NCBI GenBank assembly: GCA_037446055.1
Contig: JBBIJI010000016.1
Coordinates: 1-64,000, forward strand
DNA: 64,000 nucleotides
Reading direction: 5' to 3'
From: Nitrospiraceae bacterium
Lineage (GTDB): Bacteria; Nitrospirota; Nitrospiria; Nitrospirales; Nitrospiraceae
The position numbers were made by a program, and so were the translations under genes. The notes below the pieces were generated by a model, which was given only the letters and a program-made list of their open reading frames with translations, was not told the origin of the DNA and did no database searches. Positions 9,565 through 20,198 of this stretch are shown one piece after another; position 1 is the first letter of the stretch; each line of letters begins with the position of its first letter.

Positions 9565-10212
9565 ATGAGCAGCGGGAGATTATTCAAGACTTGGCCTTGG
9601 CCTCGTAGCCTCATGCTGGGGTTGGCTGTTTTCTTGCTGTGGGGTGGGGCGGTCCCTTCACACGCGCGAGATCTCATGACGCCGAAAGAACAGAGCCAAA
9701 CGGAGGTCGATTCCTCTCAAAGCCCATCATTCGATGAGCAGAAGAAAGGAGTGCCTCAATCGATCTTCGTCTGGATCAAGATGGCGAAGGGGTACGAGGT
9801 GGAGTGGGACACGTTTGGACGGAAGGGCTGGTACACCCAGGACCCGCGCCTCAAACCGATCGAACCGACGACGACCTTCACCCCGGATGCGCCGGCCGTC
9901 TATATCGTGTTCGAAGTGGCGCCTCTGGAGGATCCCGCCCAGTTCAGCGCCCAATGGTTCTTGGAAGAGGAGGGCGGCAAGTTGTCGGAAGCACCGATCG
10001 GCAAAGATACGCTGGAAGTGCCCGGCCACGAACGGTACGGATTTCTCGAGCTCAAACGGCCGGGAGATAAATGGTCAAGGGGCAAGTATCTGGTGAAGCT
10101 CTTCATTACACCCTTGGGCCAACAGCCATTTCACGCGGTGAATCAGGTCGGTACCATGCGGTTTACGATCGAAGACGCCCCGGTGAAGTCCAGCTCTGCG
10201 GTGCAACCTTAA
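9565..10212 (+). CDS. secreted hypothetical protein
   Basis: Strong Shine-Dalgarno GAGGAGG before the ATG at 9565. Signal peptide ends in HA-RD. Confidence 0.5.
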   Translation: MSSGRLFKTWPWPRSLMLGLAVFLLWGGAVPSHARDLMTPKEQSQTEVDSSQSPSFDEQKKGVPQSIFVWIKMAKGYEVEWDTFGRKGWYTQDPRLKPIEPTTTFTPDAPAVYIVFEVAPLEDPAQFSAQWFLEEEGGKLSEAPIGKDTLEVPGHERYGFLELKRPGDKWSRGKYLVKLFITPLGQQPFHAVNQVGTMRFTIEDAPVKSSSAVQP

Positions 10213-10266
10213 CGTCCTTCCGCGTTCTCCAGCTCCTCTCCACAGCCGCTGCAGGGAGGCAGGGTA

Positions 10267-10548
10267 GTGGAACGCATTAAAGAGACCGATCCGGAAAAGC
10301 TCGCATTGCTCTATGAACGATTCAAGGACGTGTGCTTGGTTGAGAAGGAAGTGTGGAAGGAAATCTACATGCCTCGGGACGTGAAGCAGGGGCCTGTCCG
10401 TACCAATATTCAAGACCGATACGAAGTCGAAATCGACGATCCGATGATCGAGAATGCGATCGATGCGAACATCCCCCGCGGGTCGGCGGCGCTGGCGGCC
10501 GCAATCCAAGAGTACCGCCGGCACATTTCGTTTTACCGGGCCGCCTGA
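10267..10548 (+). CDS. hypothetical protein (93 aa, GTG start)
   Basis: Compact ORF preceded by GGGAGG. No recognisable domain. Confidence 0.35.
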   Translation: MERIKETDPEKLALLYERFKDVCLVEKEVWKEIYMPRDVKQGPVRTNIQDRYEVEIDDPMIENAIDANIPRGSAALAAAIQEYRRHISFYRAA

Positions 10549-10553
10549 GGCAC

Positions 10554-11174
10554 CTACTTAGCCGCCAATACCCGTTCCACTTCGTTTACCACCTCAGGCG
10601 AGAGCGGCTTCGCGCGGTGGTGAAAGCGACCCACCACGTTGCCGGAGCGATCCACTAAGTACTTCTGGAAGTTCCACTCCACTTCACCCGGAAAAGGGCT
10701 CTGCTCGGTCAGGTAGTGATACAGGGGGTGTTTGTCGGGCCCTTTCACGCTGATCTTGCCGAAGAGAGGGAAGGTCAGACTGTACTTCGTGTAGCAGAAG
10801 GTCTTGATTTCGGCGTTGGTCCCCGGCTCTTGCTGGCCGAAATTGTTGGCGGGAAAAGCCAGGATCTCAAACCCCTGCTCGTTGTATTGTTCGTACATAC
10901 TTTGCAAATCGGCATATTGCGGCGTGTTGCCGCAGAAGCTGGCTGTGTTGACCAGCAGGAGCACCTTGCCGCGGAACTCACTGAGTGAGACCGGTTTGCC
11001 GTCAATGTTGTCAAGCGTGAAGTCGTAAACGCTGGCGGTCTTGGCGGCCATCACCATCCGTCCTTTCTCGCTCGCCTGCGCAGCAGGGATCTCGAAGAGG
11101 TACCCTGCTGTGCAGCCCACAAGGATCCCGAGCCCAGAAACCAGGAACAGGGGCAGCGTTTTGGCGATTCTCAT
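10554..11174 (-). CDS. glutathione peroxidase family protein with lipoprotein signal
   Basis: Motifs LLVNTASFCG (catalytic Cys), FPANNFGQQEPG and WNFQKYLVD are GPx signatures. N-terminal lipobox LVGC. Confidence 0.85.
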   Translation of the reverse strand: MRIAKTLPLFLVSGLGILVGCTAGYLFEIPAAQASEKGRMVMAAKTASVYDFTLDNIDGKPVSLSEFRGKVLLLVNTASFCGNTPQYADLQSMYEQYNEQGFEILAFPANNFGQQEPGTNAEIKTFCYTKYSLTFPLFGKISVKGPDKHPLYHYLTEQSPFPGEVEWNFQKYLVDRSGNVVGRFHHRAKPLSPEVVNEVERVLAAK

Positions 11175-11192
11175 GTAATCTCCTTGGACAAG

Positions 11193-12086
11193 CTAACGTG
11201 TCAGCCGCAGGAGGGCGTCGATTCGCGCTTCGATCGGCGGGTGCGTGGCAAACAGGCTCATGAACCCGCCGGTTTTTCCGGAAATTTTCATGGTCGCCAA
11301 GGGTTCCTGGGTATCGTAGGCGAACTGGGTCCGATTCACCCAGTTGTCGATCGCCCGAAGCGCGGAGATCATCGAATCCTTCCCGTACACCTTCGCCGAG
11401 AAGGCATCCGCCCCGAATTCGCGACGGCGAGAGAACCAACTGATCAAGATCGAAGCGAGAATCGTCACGACGATTTGCAACACGATCGAAACCGCAATCC
11501 CGAGGCCGGCCTGATCCCGCTCCGCAAAGAAGCGACGAACCCACATCGAGATATAGTGGACGAACGTGTTCATGAGTCCGGCCAGCACGGTCGTGGCGAA
11601 CATGTCGCCGTTGTACACATGGCCCATCTCGTGCGCGAGCACGGCCCGCACCTCCTGCTCGTTCAGGTTGTTCAACAGGCCGGTCGAGACGGCGACCATC
11701 GAGTTGTTACGGCTGGGCCCGGTCGCGAACGCATTGGGATCCGGCGACTCGTAGATCCAGACTTCCGGCATCGCAATGTTCAGCCGTTGGGCAATCTCGC
11801 GCACCGAGTGGAAGATGAGCTGTTCCGCATGACTCCGGGGCTCCGTAATTTGATAACAATCCAGCATGGCGCGGGCGAACTGTTTGGAGAACAGCAGGCT
11901 GAGGAAGGCGCCACCGAAACCGAACACCATCGCCCAGACCAGCGAGGAAAGGTCGATTGATCCGCGTAGGTCGATCCCGAACATCGGCAGGACCACGTTG
12001 ATCAACAGCGGGGCTGTGATCCACAAGGTCATCATGATCAGAAAGTTGGCGATCAGCAGGAGCGCGATGCCTTTCAATGACTTCAT
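11193..12086 (-). CDS. htpX: protease HtpX (M48 family zinc metalloprotease)
   Basis: Active-site motif HEMGH and downstream GADAF-type motif. Four predicted TM helices. N-terminus MKSLKGIALLLIANFL is typical of HtpX. Confidence 0.9.
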   Translation of the reverse strand: MKSLKGIALLLIANFLIMMTLWITAPLLINVVLPMFGIDLRGSIDLSSLVWAMVFGFGGAFLSLLFSKQFARAMLDCYQITEPRSHAEQLIFHSVREIAQRLNIAMPEVWIYESPDPNAFATGPSRNNSMVAVSTGLLNNLNEQEVRAVLAHEMGHVYNGDMFATTVLAGLMNTFVHYISMWVRRFFAERDQAGLGIAVSIVLQIVVTILASILISWFSRRREFGADAFSAKVYGKDSMISALRAIDNWVNRTQFAYDTQEPLATMKISGKTGGFMSLFATHPPIEARIDALLRLTR

Positions 12087-12284
12087 CGATATCCTCCTTC
12101 AGGATCTTTCTCGAGGTCCCCCGCGACGCCGGGGCAACCCTCGGTGGCTCTAATTATACAAATCGTTCATTTGAAATGCACCCTGACCAGGATGCGGGAC
12201 TTCCCAAAGAAGATAACGCTGGACTATTCTTCGTCAAGCGGCAGAGTTGACCGGTTTCCAACCATCTGTTACATAGAGGGCGCG

Positions 12285-12731
12285 ATGAAACTCTCTGTAT
12301 TGTTGCTGGCCGGCGTGGGTTGGCTGCTTGCCTTTCTTCTTGTTGGTGGCGAAGGGGCAAGTAGTGAGCGTGCCGAAGACCAGGCCGGCTCCTCCCAAGC
12401 GGTCACGCTTGCGCTGTCTGCGGATGGAGTCCAACGGGGGACCATCACGCTGGACAGCTATTCCTTTGCACCCAGTCACCTCATCGTCGAAGCGGGGAAG
12501 CCGGTGGAATTGACGTTGAACAGCATCACCACCATCACGCCACACAACTTTGCCCTGAAGGAACCGGCGGCGGGGATGGATTTGGATCAAACCGTGTGGG
12601 GCGGCAAGAGCGCCGTCGTGCGCTTTACACCGACCAAACCCGGGACGTACGTCTTTTACTGTGATAAACAGTTGCTCTTTTTGAAGAGCCATCGGGATCG
12701 TGGGATGGAAGGAAAGCTTGAAGTCCGATAA
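12285..12731 (+). CDS. cupredoxin-like domain protein (secreted)
   Basis: Signal peptide. Candidate copper ligands H(NF), C(DK), H(RDRG), M within GTYVFYCDKQ...SHRDRGMEGKLEV. Shine-Dalgarno AGAGGG upstream. Confidence 0.5.
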   Translation: MKLSVLLLAGVGWLLAFLLVGGEGASSERAEDQAGSSQAVTLALSADGVQRGTITLDSYSFAPSHLIVEAGKPVELTLNSITTITPHNFALKEPAAGMDLDQTVWGGKSAVVRFTPTKPGTYVFYCDKQLLFLKSHRDRGMEGKLEVR

Positions 12732-13782
12732 AGGGTCTGCCACGCCTACGTCGTCATCCAAGCACACGCTCCTCCGCGACATTCTCAAACAAGTCTCCCG
12801 GTCGTTCTATCTCACGCTAACAGTGTTGCCCGGCAACGTGCGTGATCAGATGGGGCTCTCCTATCTGTTCGCACGGGCGGTGGACACGATTGCCGATACC
12901 GATCTCATCGACCGCAGCCAGCGCCTGATCCACCTCAAACAGTTTCGAGCGCAGTTCGAGTCGGAACAGATCCGCTATGACGAGATCCGGTCCATCCAGG
13001 CTGCATTATTGCCCCATCAGAAGGAATCGTCAGAGCGGACTCTCTTGCAACGGCTGGAAGACTGCTTCCGTCTATATCTCGATTTCGACCTCGCCGACCG
13101 GTCACGCATCCGCGAATTGATGTGCACCCTGCCCAACGGGATGGAGATGGATCTGACGCGGTTTTCCGCCACCTCGGCCGGGGAACTCGGAGCGCTGCAG
13201 ACATTGGCCGACCTGGATCAGTACACCTACTATGTTGCGGGCTGTGTCGGGGAATTCTGGACGAAGATGATGTGTGCGCACCGGCCGGCGTTGCGTGAAT
13301 GGGATGTGGCGAGGATGTCGGCGGTTGGGGTGAGGTTTGGAAAAGGATTGCAGCTTACCAACATCGTGAAGGACTTGCCGCGCGACCTTCACCGAGGTCG
13401 GTGCTACATTCCCGTGGACTTACTCAGAGAGCAAGGCCTCATCCCTGGCGATCTCCTGAACCGGGACGCGATCGTCGAGTTCCGTCCGGTCCTGCGGAGG
13501 GTGTTGGAGATCGCCCGCGACCACCTCGACCAAGGCTGGCTCTATGTCATGGCGATCCCCCGATACGAGATCCGTCACCGCCTCGCGTGCATGTGGCCGA
13601 TCCTGCTCGCGGGTGAAACCCTCGTACTGATCGCGCAGGCGGACAACCTCCTGGATCCCTCCATCAACGTCAAAGTCCCGCGTTGGAAGGTCTACGCGAT
13701 CATGGCCCTGACCACTCTCACCGGCGCCTGCGGGTATCTCGGCACGGCGTATTGGGGGAGGTTGAGGAAGCAAATCGTGTAA
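12700..13782 (+). CDS. squalene/phytoene synthase family protein (HpnC/HpnD-like)
   Basis: Motifs SRSFYLTLTVLP, YLFARAVDTIAD (Asp-rich substrate motif) and YTYYVAGCVGEFW. Confidence 0.8.
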   Translation: MGWKESLKSDKGSATPTSSSKHTLLRDILKQVSRSFYLTLTVLPGNVRDQMGLSYLFARAVDTIADTDLIDRSQRLIHLKQFRAQFESEQIRYDEIRSIQAALLPHQKESSERTLLQRLEDCFRLYLDFDLADRSRIRELMCTLPNGMEMDLTRFSATSAGELGALQTLADLDQYTYYVAGCVGEFWTKMMCAHRPALREWDVARMSAVGVRFGKGLQLTNIVKDLPRDLHRGRCYIPVDLLREQGLIPGDLLNRDAIVEFRPVLRRVLEIARDHLDQGWLYVMAIPRYEIRHRLACMWPILLAGETLVLIAQADNLLDPSINVKVPRWKVYAIMALTTLTGACGYLGTAYWGRLRKQIV

Positions 13783-14191
13783 ACCGCTCGTTTATGAAAG
13801 TAGCGAGGCTTGATGAAGTGCCGTAAAGAACTTTCGAGCCGACTCTCATGAAAAGAGCGGCGAAGTTGATGTGGTCTTGTGTGGAAGGAACGCGCAAATG
13901 TATGAGATTTGTTCTCCTTTTGGTTCCCAAGAAGCGGGTTGGCAGGTCCCAAAGTGCGCGCGTCCACTGAGGGCCTTACTGCGAGCCGCTCCCCGTTTTT
14001 TCGTCCCCACCTGGCTGGCGGGAAGACTTCGAGGCGACTTTGCTGAAGGAGCGAGAGAGCTGGGACGGAGAGATGGGGAAGGAAAACGGAGACTGACCGA
14101 GTCCGCGAGGGAATTTCCGAAGGTTTCCACCCCATTTCTCCGCCCCAGCCGCTCCTGAGGCGCGGAAGCCTCGTAGTCTTTCCGCCTGTCC

Positions 14192-14494
14192 CTATTTCTT
14201 TTGCGGCACCAGCATCTTCTCCCCCTTCCGATACACCGCGTAGATCGCTTGGGACGGGCAGGCGTCGAGGCAGAGCCGACAGCTTTCTAAGCAACGCGAC
14301 GCGTCGAACTTATAGGGGGGAGTCGAGAGCCAAGCTCCGGTGGGGCAGACGGGAATGCAGATGCTTTGATGGGTACACCGGTCGGGGTGCCGAACAAGGT
14401 GATCGCGGACGACCATCATGGGCTTGACTCCTTCAAAGAGGCCTTGCGAGAAGACCTCGAACATGTTCTTCTTCGGGATACTGCTCACTTCCAC
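14192..14494 (-). CDS. 4Fe-4S ferredoxin-type protein
   Basis: Two Cys clusters: CIPVCPTGA and CLESCRLCLDACP. Confidence 0.65.
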   Translation of the reverse strand: MEVSSIPKKNMFEVFSQGLFEGVKPMMVVRDHLVRHPDRCTHQSICIPVCPTGAWLSTPPYKFDASRCLESCRLCLDACPSQAIYAVYRKGEKMLVPQKK

Positions 14495-14898
14495 TCCTTC
14501 ACAAGCTGCTTTAGCCGGTCTTTGAGTTCGGGAATCTGCTCTAGATTATTTTGGATCGCGCCGAGTATTTTCTCCAGACGAGCCGCCTTGAGCGCCTCTT
14601 TATCTTTTTTGCTTAATCGGTCGAGTTCAGCGTACGCGGTGCTGTGTATTGGTTCGAGCAGCGGGCGCGCTTCGGCCAGCGCCTGCCCCAGCTCCCATGG
14701 TTCCGGTGTCAGCGAGGGGGCAATCATGAAGGCACCGTCGGAAAACACGATGACCGCAGCTCCTTGTTTGCTTGCCAGGGGCACGACGGACTGCACGGTT
14801 TTCCCTTGGCACGCCTTCCAATCCAGTGTCAGCCCGGGAAATTGCTTCACGAAGGCCACCTTCTCTTGATTGGCCTTCCATTTCTCCTCGACGGCCAT
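14485..14898 (-). CDS. hypothetical protein (138 aa) in the ferredoxin operon
   Basis: The ORF-track ORF was trimmed to the internal Met (MAVEEKW...) because the 5' part overlaps the upstream 2Fe-2S ferredoxin gene. Lys/Glu-rich helical C-terminus. Confidence 0.45.
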   Translation of the reverse strand: MAVEEKWKANQEKVAFVKQFPGLTLDWKACQGKTVQSVVPLASKQGAAVIVFSDGAFMIAPSLTPEPWELGQALAEARPLLEPIHSTAYAELDRLSKKDKEALKAARLEKILGAIQNNLEQIPELKDRLKQLVKEWK

Positions 14899-14918
14899 AT
14901 GGTCCACGTGATGGTGCG

Positions 14919-15269
14919 CTACGAGATGAGGGGAGGGACTTTCGCCGGAGCAGGGTGATCGGGCATGACAAGTCGCGTGACGACTTCGCCATTCATGATG
15001 TGGCGTTCCATGATCTCTCTCACGTCGGCTTCCGTTGTGACCCGATACCAGATACCCTCCGGATAAATCACCACGCTCGGTCCGAGCGCGCAATGATCGA
15101 GACAACCGGCCTTGTTGGCCCGTACGGTCCCTTTCAGGTTCAGCCGCTTCGCTTCTTGTTTGAAGATTGCGTGGAGCGTCTCAGATCCCTTGGCGGCACA
15201 ACAGCCCCGAGGGTCGTCCTGCGTCCGCTGGTTGATACAAACGAAGATGTGATGTTTAAATGTAGACAA
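14919..15269 (-). CDS. thioredoxin-like [2Fe-2S] ferredoxin
   Basis: Motifs HIFVCINQR, PRGCC, AGCLDHCALGP; four Cys spaced as in NuoE-like 2Fe-2S ferredoxins. Confidence 0.7.
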   Translation of the reverse strand: MSTFKHHIFVCINQRTQDDPRGCCAAKGSETLHAIFKQEAKRLNLKGTVRANKAGCLDHCALGPSVVIYPEGIWYRVTTEADVREIMERHIMNGEVVTRLVMPDHPAPAKVPPLIS

Positions 15270-15283
15270 CGAGTGCCCTATAC

Positions 15284-15679
15284 TCAGGGAGAGACCGGAG
15301 CCGACTGAGATTGGACCTGCAAATTTCCCATCAGGGCTCGTACTTCGACGGGATCGAGAAACGGTGAGCGCCCCTGAATACTTTCAAGAATCGCAGCGAT
15401 TTCTCGCACGCGCATGAAGGCTCGTTGCAGCTCTTCAGGCCGGCTGATAGCGGACGCCTGACCGGCGGCGCGTTTCTCGAACTCGGCCCGTATATCTCGA
15501 AAGTCGCGTTGCAGGTTTTTCTGCTTGGAACAGGTCTCGCAATACCATTTGGGGTTCTGATCGGAGGAGGGAGAGAGCCGATCGTAGGGCCGGCCAAAAA
15601 AGTCCTTTCCCAGGGACAATTTCATCAGCGGCTCGGTCGTAGCGCCACAGGCGTTGCAGACATGATTGGTTTCCTCCAT
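15284..15679 (-). CDS. zinc-ribbon hypothetical protein
   Basis: CNACG...CETC four-Cys arrangement. Start placed at the internal Met MEETNH. Confidence 0.45.
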   Translation of the reverse strand: MEETNHVCNACGATTEPLMKLSLGKDFFGRPYDRLSPSSDQNPKWYCETCSKQKNLQRDFRDIRAEFEKRAAGQASAISRPEELQRAFMRVREIAAILESIQGRSPFLDPVEVRALMGNLQVQSQSAPVSP

Positions 15680-15871
15680 GATCGACACTCCTCCTCCGGC
15701 TGGAACTTCACGACGCGGCAAGGCATCTTACAACAGCGTTCTCAAGGGTGTCTACGGGCTGGGAAGGGGAACCGCTACTTTTGGAGGGCTCGTCACGGGC
15801 GCCAAAGCGCATGATAATACAGCCATCAGTTTGATCCATGACCACCCCCAAATTCCCCAGAGGAGGCGCGC

Positions 15872-16975
15872 ATGATCATCGGGGTTCCGAAAGAAATAAA
15901 AAATCACGAGTACCGCGTTAGCTTAACCCCGGAAGGTGCGCAACTTCTGTGTCAGCGTGGCCATCGAGTGATTGTCGAACCCTCGGCGGGAATCGGGAGC
16001 GGCTTTTCGGATGAGGCCTATCGTGCGGCGGGAGCCCACATTGCTGCAAGCAAGGAAGAGGTGTTCGGGGAAGCCGATTTGATTGTGAAAGTCAAAGAAC
16101 CGCTCGTGCATGAGTGTCGTATGTTACGTCCGGGCCAAGTGTTGTTCACCTATCTGCACCTGGCTTCGTTGCCTGAAGTCACCAAAGCGCTGATCGAATC
16201 GCGTGTGACGGCCATCGCATATGAGACGACCGAGGGTCGGGATGGCAGCCTGCCTATGCTGAAGCCGATGAGTGAGATCGCCGGCCGCATGGCTGTTCAG
16301 GTCGGGGCTCGGTATCTTGAGCGGACGCAGGGAGGCAAAGGAATTCTCCTTGCCGGGGTGCCGGGTGTCGAACCGGGGAAGGTAGTCATCCTGGGCTCCG
16401 GCGTGGTGGGTAGCAGCGCAACGAGAATCGCGGTCGGGATGGGGGCTCAGGTGACCGTGGTCAGCAACGACCTGCAACAACTCCGTTCCTTGGACGATCA
16501 ATATCAAGGCCGTATCGTCACCTTGGCTGCCAGTCAAGCTTCGATCGACCGTATGGTGGAACAGGCGGACCTGGTGATCGGGGCGGTGCTCGTGCCGGGG
16601 GCCAAGGCTCCGAAGCTAGTTTCGCGCTCCACGGTCGCTCGCATGCAACCAGGTTCGGTGATTGTGGATGTATCTGTGGATCAAGGCGGTTGTTTCGAAA
16701 CCACCAGGGTGACAACGCATTCCGACCCGATCTATATCGTCGACGGTGTGCTCCACTACGGCGTCGCCAATATGCCGGGCATCGTGCCCTCGACGTCCAC
16801 CAGAGCCTTGACCAACGCGACGCTCCCCTTTATAGTTCGGCTGGTTTCGCAAGGAGTGGAGCAGGCGCTCCGCTCCGATCCCGGCCTTGCCAGAGGCGTG
16901 AACCTCATGGACGGCAGGGTGACCTGCAAAGGGGTGGCCGAGGCGCACGGGTTGTGTTTTACGCCCCTCTCGTAA
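15872..16975 (+). CDS. ald: alanine dehydrogenase
   Basis: N-terminus MIIGVPKEIKNHEYRV. NAD-binding motif VVILGSGVVG. 367 aa, the typical Ald length. Confidence 0.9.
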   Translation: MIIGVPKEIKNHEYRVSLTPEGAQLLCQRGHRVIVEPSAGIGSGFSDEAYRAAGAHIAASKEEVFGEADLIVKVKEPLVHECRMLRPGQVLFTYLHLASLPEVTKALIESRVTAIAYETTEGRDGSLPMLKPMSEIAGRMAVQVGARYLERTQGGKGILLAGVPGVEPGKVVILGSGVVGSSATRIAVGMGAQVTVVSNDLQQLRSLDDQYQGRIVTLAASQASIDRMVEQADLVIGAVLVPGAKAPKLVSRSTVARMQPGSVIVDVSVDQGGCFETTRVTTHSDPIYIVDGVLHYGVANMPGIVPSTSTRALTNATLPFIVRLVSQGVEQALRSDPGLARGVNLMDGRVTCKGVAEAHGLCFTPLS

Positions 16976-17004
16976 GACACGACAGTCCTTATCAGAATCC
17001 ATGT

Positions 17005-17083
<79 letters not shown>

Positions 17084-17570
17084 CCAAGCTTGCTCGACCC
17101 GCCCGCCAAACCGCACTTCGTGCGATCCCGCACTTCAAATGTGTGCGGGGATAAGTCCTTTGCCTCGGACTTCGCATGCTGGCTGGGACCCATAGCAATC
17201 CTGGAGGGCACCCGTTGCATTCCCGGAGCAATGTGCCCCGGTGCCCAGCGGCGAATCCGCGATTGCGGCGGAAGCGCTCATGAATAATGCGCGTTAGTTC
17301 GCGTCTCGTCCCGCCTCCACACAGCCCGCAGCCTGCCCAACTTGCACGTGTCGCTCACCCATCATCGACCCTTTGCCATGATGTCAGTGGAGAGACGCCA
17401 TCGGTTTTCTTGGCAATGCCCTTCAACTCTTCTTTGGGAGCCAACACGAGTCACCGTGCATATCTCCGTATTCCTTCCCTTCATATATTGATAAATCGCG
17501 TGACGCATGGAGGGAGGTATGAGATTATCCGGCTCGTGCGCCTGGACGGCCTGACGGGGGTCGTGAGGTC

Positions 17571-17867
17571 ATGACCAGCCCGCAGGATGAGACACCGAGT
17601 TCTGCGCGGATTCTCGTAAGCGGCGGGGTGCAGGGTGTGGGATTTCGCGCCTTTGCCAGACGTGTGGCGCTCCGCTGCGGGTTGACGGGCGGCGTCCGCA
17701 ACCTGGACGATGGCCGGGTTGAAGTCGAAGTCGAAGGCTCTCGGGGAAGCATCGGCGATCTGGTCGAAGCGCTTAAGCACGGGCCACCGGGATCGCGAGT
17801 CGATCGGGTCGATGTCCGCTGGCGCCCTTGGGCCAACCGGTATACGGACTTCGAAATCTGGTATTGA
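17571..17867 (+). CDS. acyP: acylphosphatase
   Basis: Motif VSGGVQGVGFRAF matches the acylphosphatase signature VxGxVQGVxFR. About 98 aa. Confidence 0.85.
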   Translation: MTSPQDETPSSARILVSGGVQGVGFRAFARRVALRCGLTGGVRNLDDGRVEVEVEGSRGSIGDLVEALKHGPPGSRVDRVDVRWRPWANRYTDFEIWY

Positions 17868-17901
17868 TCGAGGCTAGGTCGGATCAGGTTCATGAGGCAG
17901 C

Positions 17902-18876
17902 ATGCTCGAGCATGACGACGAGGTAAGCTATTCCCTCCACTCCGCAGACGCGGAGGCCGACGAGCAGGACGAGGAGGGAGAAAGTCCTCCGAAACGGCGC
18001 GGCCGACGCGGGAAGACTCGCGACAGGGAGGGCAACAGTCATTCTGAAGGCCTCGACACCATCAAGACCTACCTGCGGGAAATCCGCAGTTCCAGTCTGC
18101 TCACCTTCAAACAGGAACAAGAACTCGGCAAGCGGGTCATGGCCGGTGATGAAACCGCTCGCCAGAAGATGATCGAATCGAACCTGCGCCTGGTCATCAG
18201 TATCGGCAAGCGGTACGTAAACCGCGGCTTCCCGTTTTCGGATATCGTGGAGGAAGGCAACCTCGGATTGATCAAAGCGGTCGAAAAGTTCAACTACAAG
18301 CGCGGCTTTCGCTTCAGCACCTATGCATCCTGGTGGATTCGCCAGTACATCGAACGTGCCATCATCAATCAAGGCAAGCTTGTCCGCCTTCCCGTCCATG
18401 TCGTGGAACGTCTGAATCGCTACCTCAATAAAGTCGAGCACATGGTGCAATCGCTCGGTCGCGAGCCTCGTCCTGACGAGGTTGCGCAGCGCATGAAAGT
18501 GTCCGAAGAAGAGGTCTTGGACCTCAAACAGTTGCTTCGCACCACCTGCTCCCTCGACAGTCCGCTCAGCGACCGCTCCGACACCTTCCTGAGGGACATC
18601 ATCGAGGACCCCATGTGCCTCTCACCGGCGGACAGTGCGGAGGGGGTCCGGCGCAGAGAGGCCCTGATGTCCTGGGTGAGGGAGTTGCCAGATAAGGAGC
18701 GGACTGTTATTGTTGCCCGGTTTGGACTGGACGGGGGCGAAGCACAGACGCTCGAAGAAATCGGGCGTGATTTGGGCTTGACCCGGGAGCGTGTGCGACA
18801 GATCGAAAACGCAGCCCTTGTCCGTTTGCGCAATACCATCGAACGGAACACACTGACGCAGGCCGATCTGCTTTAG
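17902..18876 (+). CDS. RNA polymerase sigma factor, sigma-70 family group 1/2 (RpoD/RpoS-like)
   Basis: Region 2 motifs [40 protein letters not shown]. Region 4 motif [20 protein letters not shown]. Confidence 0.9.
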   Translation: MLEHDDEVSYSLHSADAEADEQDEEGESPPKRRGRRGKTRDREGNSHSEGLDTIKTYLREIRSSSLLTFKQEQELGKRVMAGDETARQKMIESNLRLVISIGKRYVNRGFPFSDIVEEGNLGLIKAVEKFNYKRGFRFSTYASWWIRQYIERAIINQGKLVRLPVHVVERLNRYLNKVEHMVQSLGREPRPDEVAQRMKVSEEEVLDLKQLLRTTCSLDSPLSDRSDTFLRDIIEDPMCLSPADSAEGVRRREALMSWVRELPDKERTVIVARFGLDGGEAQTLEEIGRDLGLTRERVRQIENAALVRLRNTIERNTLTQADLL

Positions 18877-18889
18877 CAAGGGGTGCGAC

Positions 18890-19405
18890 ATGGACTATCG
18901 GACGCTAATCCGGGAGGTCCCGGATTTCCCCAAGCCCGGTATCGTCTTCTATGACATCACGACGCTCTTGAAGAACGCGCAGGCGTTCGGACGCATCGTC
19001 GACGAGCTTGCGGCGCGTTACAAGCATCAGGGGATCACGAAGGTCGTCGGGATCGAGTCGCGCGGCTTTATTCTGGGGGGCTGCCTGGCGAGTCGCTTGG
19101 GCGCCGGCTTCGTCCCCGTGCGGAAACCGGGGAAGCTGCCGGCCGACATCTACGAGGTGAAGTACAACCTGGAGTACGGGAGCAATTCCCTGGCCGTGCA
19201 CCGGGACGCGGTCGACATGGGCGAGCGAGTCCTGATCGTGGACGATCTGCTGGCTACTGGAGGGACTGCGGCAGCGACCGTGCACTTGGTTCGACAACTG
19301 GGAGGCGAGATTGCGGGGCTGGATTTTCTCGTTGAGCTCAAGAGCCTGAGGGGGCGCGACAAGTTGGTCGGCTATGAGGTGCACTCCACTATCCTCTATC
19401 CCTAA
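18890..19405 (+). CDS. apt: adenine phosphoribosyltransferase
   Basis: PRPP-binding motif VLIVDDLLATGGT and motif GIESRGF. 171 aa. Confidence 0.9.
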   Translation: MDYRTLIREVPDFPKPGIVFYDITTLLKNAQAFGRIVDELAARYKHQGITKVVGIESRGFILGGCLASRLGAGFVPVRKPGKLPADIYEVKYNLEYGSNSLAVHRDAVDMGERVLIVDDLLATGGTAAATVHLVRQLGGEIAGLDFLVELKSLRGRDKLVGYEVHSTILYP

Positions 19406-19509
19406 CCCGCCCAGACAGGGGTGAGAAAGGGCTTGTCAAAGGAGAGGGAGCGTGCTATGAATGCCGAACTTTTTTCGGATCAGTTGGTCTGAAGAGGTAA
19501 CAAGTCGCA

Positions 19510-20073
19510 ATGGCGAGCAAGCTCCAAACAAAGAAGAAATCGACAGCTCCGCCAAAATCAGCGAGTAAGTCAGCGACCAAGGGGCGGACAACGCCTGTAG
19601 CTCCGCCGCCGAAACCCGAGGTGTCGCGGGAAGAGCCGGAACCGGAACTTCAGCGACCCAAGATGTCGGCAAAGGAGCGTGAAGCTTACGAACACCGTAA
19701 GGATGCGCTCCAGCAGATGCTCATGCGGAAGCGTCAGGAAATTATGAGGGAGATTGAAGGGAGTCTGGGCCAGTCGTTGACCGAGGATCAACAGCGTCGC
19801 CTCGAGTCCGCCCGGGACGTTGGGGACCAGGCCTTGATGGATCTCGAGCGGGAACTGGGCATCTCGCTCATGGAAATGCGCAACCGTAAGCGGCAGCTCA
19901 TCGACGAAGCCCTCACGCGACTATCGGAGGGAACCTACGGGTTGTGCGCTGAGTGCGGGGTCGAAATCAGTGAGAAACGGCTGAATGCCGTTCCCTTCGC
20001 GCGACTGTGTGTGGAATGTCAGTCGAGACAAGAACTGCTGGAAAAGATCGAGAAAGAAGAAGAACGCGAATAG
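19510..20073 (+). CDS. DksA/TraR family C4-type zinc finger protein with Lys/Pro-rich N-terminal extension
   Basis: C-terminal motif CAECGVEISEKRLNAVPFARLCVECQ (C4 zinc finger), preceded by a coiled-coil region. Confidence 0.75.
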   Translation: MASKLQTKKKSTAPPKSASKSATKGRTTPVAPPPKPEVSREEPEPELQRPKMSAKEREAYEHRKDALQQMLMRKRQEIMREIEGSLGQSLTEDQQRRLESARDVGDQALMDLERELGISLMEMRNRKRQLIDEALTRLSEGTYGLCAECGVEISEKRLNAVPFARLCVECQSRQELLEKIEKEEERE

Positions 20074-20198
20074 TCTGCTCTGGTTTATCTGCCGACCTGT
20101 TCACTTTTTCTCCACATCGACAAGCGCCGTTCAGATCAGGCAACATGGAGCCGGGTGTCCGCTCCGTCCACTGACAGGCCCATGCTCATAAGAATGCT

